Positions 50,201 through 64,000 of a DNA stretch of 64,000 nucleotides are shown in pieces. The position numbers and the translations under genes are program-made. How positions within the stretch are numbered: the stretch's first letter is position 1; every line of letters starts with the position of its first letter. Source of the DNA: Psilocybe cubensis (taxonomy: Eukaryota); the NCBI GenBank assembly GCA_017499595.2, contig CM038999.1:2852001-2916000 (forward strand). The letters run 5' to 3'. The notes beneath the pieces are model-generated. The model saw only the letters and a program-made list of their open reading frames with translations. It was not told where the DNA came from and made no database searches.

Positions 50201-51207
50201 CAAACTCTTCTTCGGAAAGAAAAAGAGAAGACTCTTGATCTGGTGAGGTGTAACGAAAGGGTGGTCCCGGCGGCCGAGGTTCAGGAGGGAGAGGGTGGCG
50301 ACCAATCATGTCGTCATCCTCATCCGACGTGAGATCGTTCGCAGATGTTTGCGGAGTTGTGCTGGAATAGCCACTGGTCCTAGATGCAGCGCGGGAGTTG
50401 TCTCCTCTGGGCCTGGATAACGACGATACGGAGGCAGACGCAGAAGATGTACCAAAGGTATGGGAAGAGGCGGAATCGGAATCGTGTGCCTTGGCTTTTC
50501 CGGCCGCCCTGGCACCCCTGCTTGCAGGGTTTAATCGATTTTGTGAATCCCAGTTGTTGTGTGTTGGACGCTGCAAGTTGTGAACGAGAGGAGGTTGTGC
50601 CCCTACAACTGAGGGACGAGGAGTGGTGTCCTGGAGTGCACTCGGCGTTAATGATATTTCATCGTCCTCGGGAAGCCGGGTGAGAGGGTCAACTGGAAGC
50701 TGCGAAACTGATGAAGAGGCGACTGCTGGAGCTGCGCCAAACGAAAATGTCGACAGGTCGTTCTGGGTGTACAGTTCGGAGTAAGTAGGCTTAGATGCCC
50801 GAGGCGAACGAGGTGGAGCTGGAGTCAGCCCCTGATATGCCTGAGTGTCTATGGGCGAGGGCGACGCTGACCTAAAGCGGGTTCAGAGAAATGCCTGACA
50901 CTGATGTTGGAAACCATACTTACTGTACTGTTTTAGACCTGTCGTCGAGGACATCGCGATGACTGATTTTGGAAGCAATGGCACGCTTTGTTGGGCTTGA
51001 AGTATGAGCAGAAGAAACGGGTTGGGTTGGGTGATTGTTTGGAAGAACTGGGGAGGTAGAGGGGGACGGGGACGGGCGTGCGGGGTTGGGAAGGTTGGGG
51101 ACGAGCTGGAGCTTGGAGGATGTGGCGGACGAGGGAGGGGAGTCGAGGTGCTTGGAGTTATTCTTGCTGGCGATTGACTTTGTGCGCCTCAAACCAAAGA
51201 TATGCAT
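47214..51207 (-). CDS. Large uncharacterised protein, mostly Ser-rich and disordered, with a globular-looking C-terminal domain; 3 exons
   Basis: ATG 51207 (MHIFGLRRTKS); introns 50923-50872 and 49186-49130; ORFs 49179-50576 and 47214-48857; terminal domain EALYMLLPLYP...IGRAVVEMAWVGALAVSSF. Confidence 0.7.
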
Positions 51208-53678
51208 TGTGGTGGAAGAGAAAAGAGAAGAAAAGGTAGTTGGTGTGAGTATGGACGAGAGCCGTCTCTGTGCGACCAAAGTCTGTCCAACTGGGGAACA
51301 AGGACACACACTATCAAAATATACCGCCCGCACACGTGGCAATTCTCCCGCGTGCGCTGCCATGTGGCTACGGCTATCACCCAACCACTTCAAATCTACT
51401 TTCAAACTCCAACCACCCAAACCTCAACTATCCCTCCGTCGTGATGGATACCAGTCGATACCTCTACAATTGCCTCTCCCAATAACCTCCGATATCATAC
51501 ATACGTCACTTCTAACTATTTCGACAACCTGACAAACCAATAATCCTGTCTGCTCTCTTCATAAACACTATCTGTCTAGGCTGGGCTAGAGTCTTTCTTG
51601 AGGTAAACGATCATCAGCACCACAATGTCTTTGGTTACACTCTGTCCACATGAACTCCTTACCCTTTACACTGCTGAAGAGCTCAGGAACCCGCGGCAAA
51701 ATATTCACGAAATATTTCCCAGCTTTCTCTGGAATCCCGGAATATCTTGCGTCGGAACCGGCTGTCATACGTCCCTGCGACATCCATCCGGGCTACAGTG
51801 GTCTTCCTTCAAAGAGAAACATACCACTTTTGGTCGACTAAATAGCTTCAAAGTTTATTATGCTTCTTCTTTCTCAACGTTCTCTGAATTCAGTAGGTGA
51901 TCTTCCAATTAAACAGCCCACATCCGTGTCGCATGGCCGCCTAAAACTAAGGTTCATCACAGCGTTATCACATCGACGTGGGTTTGTCAATCACGTTTTT
52001 GACCTTGTCAAATTCAAGGGCAACTTATTCTCGTCTTATCTCTCCTGGATCCGTTTATTTTGGTGTCTGGTGACGCTTTCTGTCTGGGGATGCAGCTTCT
52101 ATTGCATTTATCCTCCCAACATCATTCAAATTCAACGCGACACGCCGCTGGGTATAATTTCGAAAACATCTGGCGCATGTAACTCTGCCCATATTTATGT
52201 TTACATCGTGCTATTTCCAACAGGATATCTCGTACAACATGCCGTATGCGTTCGTCGCCGCGCAGTGCCGCAGCCGTAGCGAACGAAAATGTGTTTTTGC
52301 GGTCAGCTTACCTATTTTCGTAGCCTGTCTATAGGCCTACTAGCACACCCGCTCCCGCTGCATTACATATTTCTCCTGAACTTCTGTCCCTAAAAGTATC
52401 ATGTCTATGTCCGAGTCAACCTTTCGTAACATGCGCAGAACAAAGCATATTCGGTCCGAATATCCAAAACTCTATCTTTAAACGATGCGTACAATGCCAA
52501 TTGTACAAACATTAACAGGGACCGACGGTGAGATGTTTTCTGAGCAAGACGTATAGATGCTTTCGCATTTCAAATTCCACGCATATTGTCTGCACCGCCG
52601 ATGAGGGGAGGTCGCTGTCTGTTCAATACGGTTGGTACCGTCCCCAAACGTCAAGGGTAACGAAACCCGATCATTGTTGTTAAGCTGGATATTATCCCTG
52701 TGTCTCTCGGAAAATGTGGTTGCAGCACTCTGTCAAAATCATAAGTCTCGCTCTGGCTGCTTATGAAACGTCTGCCAAAGCGTCTAGATATATGTGGTAC
52801 CATCGCGTACTATATGTCAATGTGAGTAAAGATGTCGGCGGATATCCGCAAATTTCCACATTTCTTACTGTGAATTAGAGACAAAGTACATACTGTTGGT
52901 GCACTCTCTCTAAGTAGTTAGAATATTAACAAGCTACTCTATATGTATAGTTTTTATACTGGAAACGTCAGTTTGGACTTTCAAGTGGGCTCACCCACTC
53001 GTCGATTCATTCGTCAATTAAATTACCATAAGAGGAAACTGAAATGGTGATCCGTCCGCGACCAATTGTCGGCGTCAATTCCCGTCAAATGATTGTATAC
53101 AGCTCGGTTAAATGGCAGAGAATTTTTCAGGTTGAAGACAATCCTACAGTAAAAGGCGCAAGAATCATGTATCCTTCCTCCCGCATTCCCGGTTCCCATA
53201 GTCTGTGTCTTGCGGAACAGGCAGTGCCGTTCAAGTTGACCCTACTCCAACTCTCTGATGTGCCAATAATAGCCACATCGTTGACTATAACCCATGAATG
53301 CATTAATGCCTCATTGCTGCATCATGGTAGTAACAGTAGCTGAGTGTATCTCATAGACTAGCTTCTTGCAGAACTTATGATATCTATTTGCGGTTTTTGT
53401 ACACGGCGACATTTAGTTCCAAGCTTCTGAAAAGCAACCTTTTTTTTTCTCGACTCAACTGAGATTCTGTGCTCATCAACTGTCATAGATAACACCATAG
53501 ATGAAAGGATGCTTCCGTGTAACACTTCTGATATTGGCTCTTGTCGGGCAATTATTATCAAGATCTGGATATTTCTGTCAGTGATGACTTTAGTAAGAGA
53601 GTTGACAAAACTTCTGCCTATTGAGAAAGATTTTCCAGCTTTGTAAGTACAGTAAATTCTAACACAGTCTTCTTCAAT

Positions 53679-56545
53679 TTACAGCTTGGCCTTGACAGCT
53701 CCTACCACCGACTCTATGTCTCTGTATTTGTAATATAGTTGAAGCGACTCTGGATTGGCAACCGTTCCACTCGGTTGTAGATTCGACCCAGAAACAATCT
53801 GCTTGACTGCAATTTCGATCTTCTTCCCATTGACAGTATACTATTATCAACGAAGCATACGTGAGCATGAGAAATCAATTACTATCTTCACATGAATTAA
53901 TGAACCAAAAACACTCACGGGTATATCAGTCACTTCAAAGATGTAGGCGGGGACATGGCGAGCACTGAGTCCTTTTCTGATCGCTTGTTTGATCGAAGCT
54001 TCAAATTCGGGAGTGAATTTGCACCCTGGACGCATTTTCAAGAAGAGCAGAACACGCTCGTCTTTGTCATGTTGGCGGCGCTGACCGATGCATAAAGAAT
54101 CATCGACATGAGTGGAGAATTGCTCCATGATCGTATAGATCTCCCCTGAGCCAAAACGTACGCCACTTGGATTGAGGACACCATCACTTGTAGGTAAAAA
54201 ATTTGTCAAAAAATGATCAAATGGTAATAACTCAGTGAAGATACCTTCTACCCAAGATCATCAATCCCTTCGTTTCAGGGTTAACCACAATAAAGTCCCC
54301 TTGTCTCCAGACCCCTATGTATCAAGTTCGTCAACATACTTCAGATGACACAATATCGAAAAGCAAAGAACCTGGATACATGTTGAAATAGGCATCCCTC
54401 AATTTTTGGCCAGATTCATCACCCCAGAATCCCAGAGGCAATGATGGATGAGGTCGAGTGCAAACAAGTTCACCAGGAAGGCCGGTATGCTCAATGTTCT
54501 GTCCAGATGGATCGAATACCTCGACCTTCATGCCAAGGTCTTTCACCTGAATCTCTGCAGACACAAAACATAGTTAATTTAAACCTCCTATAAATTCCTG
54601 ATTACAGCTTCGTGCGTACCTCCGCTATAAACAGGTTCGCTAGGAGTCCCAGTCACAACTGCCATGCATTACTCAGTATCCAATCAGTACATAAGTGAAG
54701 TTACATACATGAACTGCAGATATCTGTACCCCCACTAGTTGAGACGAGATGCACGTGTTTCCCGAATGCCTCTTGCGTCCACTCAAACATTGGAGGAGTA
54801 AAAATAGCACCTGTAACACCCATTGTTCTTAGAGACTCAAAGGATCCTAATTCCACTGTGCAAGGGAATGAGGCCTGCGTCAGTCCAAGGTCTATTGATC
54901 GTAAGAGACACTCACGAGGCTTGATTCCTCGTCCTTGCACCTCAGATAAGAACCGAGGACTTGTGCCCAGAGTAGTTACACTGTTTGGAAACAAATGCAT
55001 CAACGCATGATTTTAAGTTAAAAAAGGAGATTGCACACCCTTGGTCACTGATAAATTTTAGATATGTTTCCACACTCGGATGGAACGGCGAGCCATCGTA
55101 TAGTATGATTCGAGAACCGCATGCCAAACCAGTCAGCATAAAGGTCCACATCATCCAGCCAGTCTAAAAAAGACTCTAATGAGTGAATTTGACGACATAA
55201 TCACTGTCTTTCGCTTACCGTCGTGTATTGGAAATAGGTATCTTCTGAAGATAAATTGTAGCCTACTTTAACACATTTCTTGGTATTCAGAAGTACACCC
55301 TAAAAATTTAGCGGTCAGGGAAACATGCTAAAATGTAAAACAAAACTTCTTACACCCGCTGAGTGTATGATACACTTGGGCTTTCCGGATGTTCCAGAGC
55401 TATAAAGGATGTAGAGGGGTTGGCCGAAAGGTAATTGCTCGAATTTCATAGGGCTTTTGTCATCTGCTTTCAAGAACGAGGCAAGAGTCGTACTAACGCC
55501 AAGTAAATAAACATCGAGAGACGCGACGAAGGAAGGTATGAGACCTTTTCGACATATTTGGGATTCGGAGCTCCTTGCCTGAAATCCGACTTGGTAGCAA
55601 GATAGCTTGTTGTAAGCCTTGTGTGGATAGGTCGCCAACAACTTCAGCCACTTTGGGAAGAAGGTTGATGATCTTTCCGGCATACAAAGTTTCGGTTTCA
55701 GCAAATATGAACTTCGGTTGAATTTGACGATATCTATCCAGAATGCCCTAGATAAATCAGTTATTAAGTTCGGTGTGCTGATTTGAATGTGAATGGATCG
55801 AATGTTGACCAACCTGGGTTCCCATGTCCGTTGCAGTGCTTGAGAATATTCCTCCGACAGCAGCAGTCGCGATGGCCACGACAACAGCGTTGACAGAATT
55901 GGTTACAATCGCTATAAGTCTCCACGTCAGTACCTTGAGTAAAAAAAACATATTCACCGATGCTTACCGGCAACACGGTCACCTACTTGCAACCCATTAA
56001 CCCGCAGCGCTGTGGACATGGCACGAACACGCTCATTCAGCTCCCTGAACGATATATGTATCAAAGCTCCGGATTCGCCTGCTCCCGTGAGCGCGATCGC
56101 GTCGTCCTTCCTGTACAGCAGATTCTCCGCGTAGTTGAGTCGTGCCGTTGGGAACCAGTTGGGTATTTCTGGATATTTTCCTGGTTCCAAGATTGCATCC
56201 TACAACAGAATATTCATCTTTTTCTCGCTTGGTGCAAAACGCACGGCGGCTGACCTTGCTCGGAGGAACAGAGGAGATGATTCCAAGGAAATGCCAGAGG
56301 TCCAGCCAGAAAGTGTAATCTTCAATGGAGTATTTGTGAAGATCGTGATAGGTTTCTATGATTCGATAAGGATGATTGGTAGGTCCGGAAAGGCAATTAG
56401 GGGCGTTCCCAGACGATCATCGTAAACGCTCACTGAGATTCAAACCATGCTTTCTGTTTATCTCTCTTCGAAGCACTTCGACGAATGCTGTCCTCGGCTG
56501 GATTGGCGACCAAAGAAGTTTGGACTGGGCGAAATAGGATTCCAT
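53679..56545 (-). CDS. AACS: Acetoacetyl-CoA synthetase (acetoacetate-CoA ligase, AMP-binding family), many exons
   Basis: MESYFAQSKLLWSP; WFPTARLNYAENLL; AMP-binding loop YILYSSGTSGKPKCIIH; STSGGTDICS; GELVCTRPHPSLPLGFWGD; SDGVLNPSGVRFGSGEIY; YTVNGKKIEIAVKQ; ends AVKAKL*. Confidence 0.92.
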
Positions 56546-57517
56546 AGGAGGGCTGAGCTGGATGTGGGGTAAGGTTCAATTTTGAAAAGGCGGGGTATGT
56601 CCTTATATGTACCGCCAAAGCGTGATGCAATTACATGTGTGAACGGACAGAGGCGGTCATAAGATCCGACACGACAGGTAACGAAGCATTCTGGGAGCTA
56701 TTTGGGAGAAGGTAGTCGAGACGTTACGGGAGAATAAAGACCGAATTCCGGATGCTTCAATCCAACAATTTTTGGAGGTCTACGTTCTTAGATTATCATA
56801 TTCATTCATCAGCAAATAAAATTCATATCTTCAGAGGTACAGTCTATGAAGTACAGGGAATGGGAATACTCAATTTTATTTAAAAACACATCATTATAAC
56901 ATAAAACCTAGTCAAAGGCCGACCATAACATCTTTAAACCCTGTGTACTCTCTGCACGAACAGACTAGAAGCGAGGTTTCGAACAGCGTCTTGGTTCTTC
57001 ACTGAAGATCACGGGTAGGAATCTTCCGAATCATTGTTTCGATTTACTGTATGAGATTTGACAAATTTTCATACTAATGGGTTCTGAGTTCGAGGAATGT
57101 TCAAAGTTCGTTGATTAGCGGCGAGCGCGCCGCGCTGTTCGATATGAGGTGAAAAATGATTGATAGTAAAATCCTGTGGCGTTCTCATGCGGAGCAAAAT
57201 AAAAAGTTTAAAGAGGCGAGGAAAAGAGGCTCAACGTAATTGAACGCGACGATGTGGTGGTGGTTCATTGCAAACAGGAGGCGACTGTACACCATCCTCA
57301 GGCTTGACGAAAGTGGAAAGGTTGCACGTGGCAAAAGTTGGGGTCGCCACCATATTGGCAGGACTGAGCATTACAGCCACCACCAACACTCCTCAATTCA
57401 ATTCCTTTCACCCTCTCAATCCTCCGCAATAGGCAGATACAACGCCATCGCATCTTATACCTCGTTTAGCAAGATATCCCGTTTACGAACGCCACCAAGC
57501 TCTCACTAAACAAATAA

Positions 57518-60500
57518 ATGTCTACGACTACACTGCCGAATGGCAATGACACGCTGCCTGCGACGGGTGGTGGGGGTGTCACCACTGCGAACGGCCACGT
57601 AGCTGGTAACGCCTCCTCGCCTAGTAAAAGCACGGAGCGCATTCAGATCGTGAACGAAGAAAAACAATTTACGTCAGTTGCTGTGGCCCGCTGCTCTGCG
57701 TTTACTGACGCTCGTTTACTATTCTTACAGACCGGACTTGGGCTCCCAAATCGACAAATGGGGCCTTAGGGATGTCGGATTTGCGTACAACATCGTCTCG
57801 GTGTTTGGGTCGCAGTCAACCGGGAAGAGTGCGCCTTAGTCGAGACATCTACAGACAGATGCAGCGTTATTGACTAACTCTGGATTCTTTATAAAGGTAC
57901 CTTGCTCAATAGGCTCTTCGGGACAACGTTCGACGTCATGGATGAGTCGAGACGCCAGCAGACAACGAAGGGTACGTGTTTGGCTGAGATGCGATACGGT
58001 GTGGCACTTATGCATTTCTACTCCTAGGCATATGGATGTGTCGTGCCAAGGACATGAACGTTATGGTTATGGATGTCGAGGGCACTGATGGACGGGAAAG
58101 AGGAGAGGACCAGGTATGTTGTATGGCATACTATCTTCTGAAGTTAATCATTGAAATATTTTTGTAGGATTTCGAACGCAAATCGGCCTTGTTCTCGCTC
58201 GCGTCGTCAGAAATTCTTATTGTCAACCTTTGGGAACACCAAGTTGGTCTCTACCAAGGCGCCAACATGGGCCTCCTCAAAACAGTTTTCGAAGTGAACC
58301 TGGGTCTCTTCGGAAAGAAAGCCAAGGATGGGTGGGTCTGTTCCTTCAAAAACTCAAGTCTATGTTAATAATCTATACTTAGAACGAGTGGTCGAACTTT
58401 GCTTCTATTCGTCATTCGAGACCACATAGGGCAAACACCCCTCGCCAACCTTGAAGCCACTCTCACTTCCGATCTCACCGCCATTTGGGAGGGTCTAAGC
58501 AAGCCTGCGGATTTGAAAGACCTTAAACTTTCCGACTATTTCGACCTTGCATTCACTGCGTTGCCACACAAAATCCTCGCGGCCGACAAGTTCGAGTCGG
58601 AGGTCCTGAATCTAAGAACGCGCTTTGCGGATAAATCCGCATCGAATTATCTCTTCAAGCCGGCGTACCACAAGCGTATCCCTGCAGATGGCGTGGCATT
58701 TTACATGGAGGGGATCTGGGTAAGTCACGCTTGTCTGACCACGCCATACGACCGACAGTCCTGGAAATTTACATATATTAACTTCGCCTCCTTTTACAGG
58801 AACAAGTCCAGACTAACAAGGACCTTGACCTGCCTACTCAACAGGAGCTGCTGGCGCAGTTCCGATGCGACGAGATTTCTGCTGTCGCTTTGACCGAGTT
58901 CCATGACCAGGCTAAGTCGCAGAAACGGCCTGTGGAAGCTGGCAAAGTTGTAGAGGGCCTGGGTGCATTGATGAAGAATTGGAGATCGAATGCTCTTGGT
59001 ATGTGTATACCCTCACATATGTCAGTTTATTCATCGAGTATGGCGCATACTAGCTCGTTACGACCGTGATGCCTCGCGGTACCACAAGGGTGTCTATGGC
59101 CGCAAGCGGGTTGACCTCATTGCCAACATTGACGCTACACTCTCGCCGCTCTATCTCGGGCAGCTTAAAAACCTGCACAAGTCGTGCCTCGCAGCCTTCA
59201 AGAAGGAGATGTTGGATGGGCTCAAGGGCGAAGGGTACAGCTTCGCGGACGTCGTCGCGAAGGCAAGGCGGACGTGCGAGGGCACATTCACGAGTGCGGC
59301 GAAGGAGGCGACAATCGAGGAGACGGAGTGGAGCTGGGAAGAAGAACTGCAGCTATTGAAGGAGGAAATTGGTGTCGTGGCTGATCAGTGCAGGAAAGAT
59401 GAGACGAAGAAGATGATTAATCAGATTGAGGTGTGTTTTCCTCCGCTTGGTTTCTCGCAATATGGGTGGGATATTAATGCTATGTTGGGTTGTAGCGCAA
59501 TGTCAAGAAGCAGTTGTCGGAGCCTGTTGAATTACACCTCAATAGGCCTTCGAAGGGCATGTGGGACAGCGTCTTGATGACGTTCCGTGATGTACTAGGA
59601 AAGGCTGAGAGTGCATACTTGATCAAAGCCACAAGTCGGTATTCTTGAACTAAACCATTGATTTATTGCTTATGCTCTGCGTGTTCTCAGGTTTCAACTG
59701 CACAGAAGAAGAAAACGCGTCTTCGTTAGCTTCACTCCGAAAACGCGCCTGGCTAGCTCTTCGGGCGAAAATCGACGAGCAGACAGCAGAACAAGCATTC
59801 CTCAGTAAACTGCGGAACCATTTTGAGGAGCGTTTCCGATACGACGAACAGGGTGTCCCGCGGGTCTGGAAGCCCGAGGATGACATCGATGGTGCATTCA
59901 AAAAGGCCAAAGACCAGGTATATTTCTAGATTCTACTTTGCCTCTTGTGCAATGTTTGTGCTTAACTTTGTATTCTATTTTTAGACCCTGGAGCTTGTCC
60001 CTTTGTACTCGAGAATATCCCCGGAGGACTCATCGTTAGAGTACGACCTACCCTCGGAACCGTCTGATTCTTTGCTCGAGTCGGAAGACTTTGATTTTAC
60101 GGCATCACTAACCGTATTCTCCGAGACGAAGGCAGTCGATTTAACTAACAAGTTCCGCAAGGATGCGGACGCATACTACGTGGAGGCAAAGAGGAGCACA
60201 GTGTCGAGTATTGCACAGATTCCATATTGGATGTATGGTGTGCTTGTTGTGCTGGGATGGAACGAAGCTATGGCGGTGTTGTTCAACCCACTGTATTTCA
60301 CGTTTTTGCTGATTGTTCTCGCTGCTTCGTGAGTTTATGTTTGGCGTTGCTTTTTGGAGGTTGTCTTTTCTGATGGTTTCGATGAAGGTATATTACCATC
60401 CAGCTTGGGTTGGTGGGGCCACTGTTCCAGGTGGTGAAAACTGTTGGTGGCGAAGTTAGTTTTTTGTTGTAATCCTTAGTTCCGACTTGGTTGACATTTT

Positions 60501-60651
60501 TGTTATGCAGGTCCAGCGGCAAGCCGTAGCCCGCCTGCGCGAGCAGTTTTCGGAGCCCGCGCTAGCACCAGCTGTGCCAGCGATGACTCGTGCGGAGGAA
60601 AACGCTGCGGAGCAAGAGGTCAAAGACGAATTGCGATCTCGACAGCTTTGA
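57518..60651 (+). CDS. SEY1: Sey1/RHD3 atlastin-like ER fusion GTPase
   Basis: [91 protein letters not shown] at 60649-60651. Confidence 0.95.
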
Positions 60652-61373
60652 AGGGTGCTAGAACTTGAGGACGCCATGCTACACATTGAATGACGGAAGT
60701 ACATTACGCATACATATTCTTCTTTTTTTATTACTTGCATGATTTTACGGCTTGTTATCAGTAACTATTGTATGGATGCATATCATTGGACAGCCTATGT
60801 TTGGCAAGGTATTACTATGGGGTTGAAGGAGGCGCTAGTAGAAGACAATAAAAGGTCCGGGAGGTTGTTCCGGTAGTGGTACATGAGAGTTGACATGGGA
60901 GTAGGGCAAAGACAAAGAAACGCGTCGATTGGGCAAGATGAAGCAGTGCTCGGAGTTGGCTCACATGGGCGGCGAAGAGTGGAATGGAGACGGCAAGTTT
61001 GTTGTTCTTGAATAAGCGCGGTGAGATGGAGGTGTTACAACGTCGCAGAAGACGCCTGAGCATCGACAAACAGTGGCTGGCATGCGTGAATCGAGTGACT
61101 CGCAGTGGACGATGATCAGAGTCCAGACGATGAGGAGGAAGGATTGAATGTCGAACGGAGTTGGCGTGCCGGTGTGGGCCATCAGGTCGGCAAAGTGCGG
61201 TCACGGAGTGTCACAATAGAAGCGTGACGAGGACAAAGGTAATTATTGTTCTCGTTAGGGGCGTGCTATTACGGCGACAATGGGTGGACAATGTTCTCAA
61301 AAGAAGCGGGCCTCGTCCCTTCTCTCTCTCTTATACCTCCCAGCGCCGTCGCAGGTCGACCTACGCAGTCTCA

Positions 61374-64000
61374 ATGTCTGCTAACTGGAACGCTCCTCCC
61401 CCAACTTACGACGCTCACTCATCGTCTACCACCCTCACGCCCTATCTCCAGCTATCCCATCTACTCTCCCTCACATGGCTCGCATACCCTATACTTTCTC
61501 TCATCTTCGTCGCTTTCCGTCTCCAGCTCTCTCTTGCTGATGCTCAGAATGCTGTCGCCGGTGCAAAGGATGATCTTCTCGCGAGCTGCAAGGCCGCCGA
61601 ACAGGCCGCTACATCCGCGTCCAGCATGCCGCGCTTCATGGCGATTGCCACTAACAAGCAGTTTGCAGATGCAGTCAACGGGTCTGCTAATGCCGCGCGT
61701 GCAACTCTCGTCCTTGCTCTCACAGTTATGGAAGCCATTATCAACTTCATTGTCGATATCTATCGCTCAACTTTCCTGTGTTTCCTTGAGTTGGTGGTGA
61801 GAGGTGGACTTGCGATTCTGATTGGTGCCGTCAATGAGGTGAGTAACCATTGCACCATCCTTTCTATATGCAGTATTGACAGTTTCGTAGCTTAATGACC
61901 TCATTGGTACTGTTACAAATGGTTTGCGAACCAGCATCCAGAATGATATTTCGACCGCGAACAATGTCATCAAATCCGCCATCGACGCCATTAACAAAGT
62001 CAACCCTTTTGGAGATATTAAAGCTCCTCAGATTACAGTTCCGAGCCTTGATGGTCTTCAGAACGTTTCCCTTCCTTCATCATTTACAGATTCCTTAACG
62101 AAACTTAATGCGTCACTTCCTTCGATATCCGATCTGAAGGACAAAGTAGAATCTATGTGCGTGCGCGAATATCTCTTCATTTCGATACCATATTTACAGG
62201 TTCATACAGCATAGATACACCGTTCGAGCTTCTTAAGAAGGACATCAACGATACCTTCGCAGGTATCAATTTTCAACCTGACGGCCTTCCCGTCCCAGAG
62301 CTCAGCACCATCAAATTCTGCGACAATCTCGACACCTCCGTCATTGATGACATCGGCCGTGACTTTATCAAGACTGCAAAAATTGGAGTTGTTGTTCTCG
62401 TCCTTCTTGCCCTTCTTCTCATTGGGCTCAACTGTCTCTTGACCTGGTACAAATGGCGTTGCATGAGAAACCATCTCCAGTACACTCGTGAAGCCTGGAT
62501 CTCAGACCCTACTATGGTTCATGCGAAGCCAACGTCGTCTTCGCCCCAGATCACCATGAGCGACCATAACTTGATGATGCTCAATGCCAACTCCGAGCAC
62601 CCACTTATTACCAGAATCACCAACCAAATTTCTGCTCGCTTCAGGTTGACTCCTGCTCAGCATACACACACCCAATGGTTTTTCAACTATATTTTCCATG
62701 CCCCTGCCCTAGCGTGCTTCCTTATCGGCTTCTTTGGCTTGTTGTCTGTTCAGATACAACTTATGGCCATCGGGCCCCTCGTTTCAAAGTACCAGGCTCG
62801 CTCACAGTCTACTGTATCAGACTTCTCGAGTATCATTGCTACCAGCATTAACGACAGCATGTACAACCAATCGTCTTTGTATGCCAACGAAGTCAACGGA
62901 CAAGTTGCCAGCATCCAATCGACGATCAATGACGGTCTCTTCGGCTGGGTTAACGGCACCACCACCACCCTCAACGCCACAATTAACGGGTTTTACGACG
63001 ACATCCAGAACACCGTCACGACCATTTTTGGCGGCACAATTCTCGAGAGCCCAGTCAATGAATTCCTGAAATGTTTCATAGGTGGCAAGGTCGACGCAAT
63101 CGAGAGTGCGCTCACGTTCTTACACGACAACCTTAAGATCGACATGCCGCGTGTCAACCAGACTGCGCTTGTACTCTCCCCCGACTCAGTTAATGAGGCT
63201 GCGCAGCCAATCGCTGCAGCCGCCATTGGTGGCGGCACAGACGCTGACGGCAACGATGACGGCGGTCTTCTCATTCGGCTCGTCAACTCCTATGCCGCAT
63301 CGCTGAGGAAGGAACGCGTCATGTTTGCCATTTTCATGGGTTTGTGGGGGATCGTCATTCTCATGGGTTTATCCGTTGTACTATGGCACTCAGTTATCCG
63401 CCCCATGCGCGAGAAGAGATCGCGCAGAAAGTGGGAGGCGGAACAGCGCGTTGGACTGGAAAATATTGGGCCATATCCCGCTGGATCGGGTAACGAGAAG
63501 GACGGCAATGGAAATGGAGGAGTGTTTGCCAGGTCGTTCTCGCCGCTGCCTTCTCCAAGGGGTAGCGCGTTCAAGCCTTTCTGGGGGTCGCGCTCAAACT
63601 CACCTGCGGGACAACGCGTGCCGCAGCTGAGCCCCGACGCGTCACAGGAGTCTCTGCCGAGGGGGCAGGAGGCGAGCGCCCTGGCGTCGAGCGAGGAGTT
63701 TGGCGCACACCTACCACCTGCGCAGATGGAGAGAAAGCAGACCGGGGCAGCCAAGTTGTTGGCAGTTGGGAAAAAGGCGGTAAGGAGGGAAAGATTAAAG
63801 AAAGATGGCACAGAGGAGGAGCTGGCAGTGCCACTTTCGCCGACGCTCGTCCATGAACCTAATCGTCGCGCTAATGACAACGATACCAACGCTCCCTGGT
63901 ACACCAGGATCGCTGCTTTGCTTTCAGGGAAAAAGCAAGGCAATGGGGATAACGACTCTTCTCGCAGCAGTGGAAGCGATTATTGGGATCCCACTGCCAT
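61374..64000 (+). CDS. PRM1: Plasma membrane fusion protein Prm1; runs off the window end
   Basis: [25 protein letters not shown]...[21 protein letters not shown]...[22 protein letters not shown]; further TM segments and [17 protein letters not shown]; introns after 61837 and ~62156. Confidence 0.88.

Noticed and set aside
51540-53600. Short ORFs between the uncharacterised gene and AACS
   Set aside because: No recognisable motifs or consistent exon chain; treated as intergenic.
63290-63943. 217-aa minus-strand ORF
   Set aside because: Antisense to the GC-rich PRM1 last exon; no independent features.
1-64000. tRNA, rRNA or snoRNA genes
   Set aside because: GTTCGA-like hits lacked cloverleaf context by eye; tRNAscan-SE or Infernal would be needed to exclude them formally.

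Overview
Eukaryotic, intron-rich fungal DNA, most likely an agaricomycete (mushroom-forming basidiomycete), judged from short (~50-60 nt) introns, micro-exons and gene content. About 16 host genes could be assembled by hand: DUF3844 membrane protein (3' part), Gti1/Pac2 (WOPR) regulator, two membrane-anchored glutaredoxin-fold genes bracketing two tandem O-fucosyltransferase-like genes, a HAD phosphatase, a coiled-coil protein, Bax inhibitor (BXI1-like), MDM31, a 1280-aa intronless orphan, RVS161/Hob3, UVE1, an uncharacterised protein, acetoacetyl-CoA synthetase, SEY1 and PRM1 (truncated by the window). Mobile DNA: (i) an apparently intact ~3.26-kb IS630/Tc1/mariner-type transposon with perfect 26-bp TIRs and a two-intron, 835-aa transposase, sitting ~60 bp upstream of the Bax inhibitor ATG; (ii) a ~3.2-kb patch of element debris (15.8-19.1 kb) with a nested hairpin, a LINE 3' fragment and an array of eight 29-bp repeats. 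The best candidate for an undescribed system is the co-oriented block of four predicted type II membrane proteins: Cys-less glutaredoxin, two fucosyltransferase-like enzymes and a monothiol glutaredoxin whose catalytic Cys lies on an 11-nt micro-exon. All family calls come from motif recognition by eye; no database searches were run.
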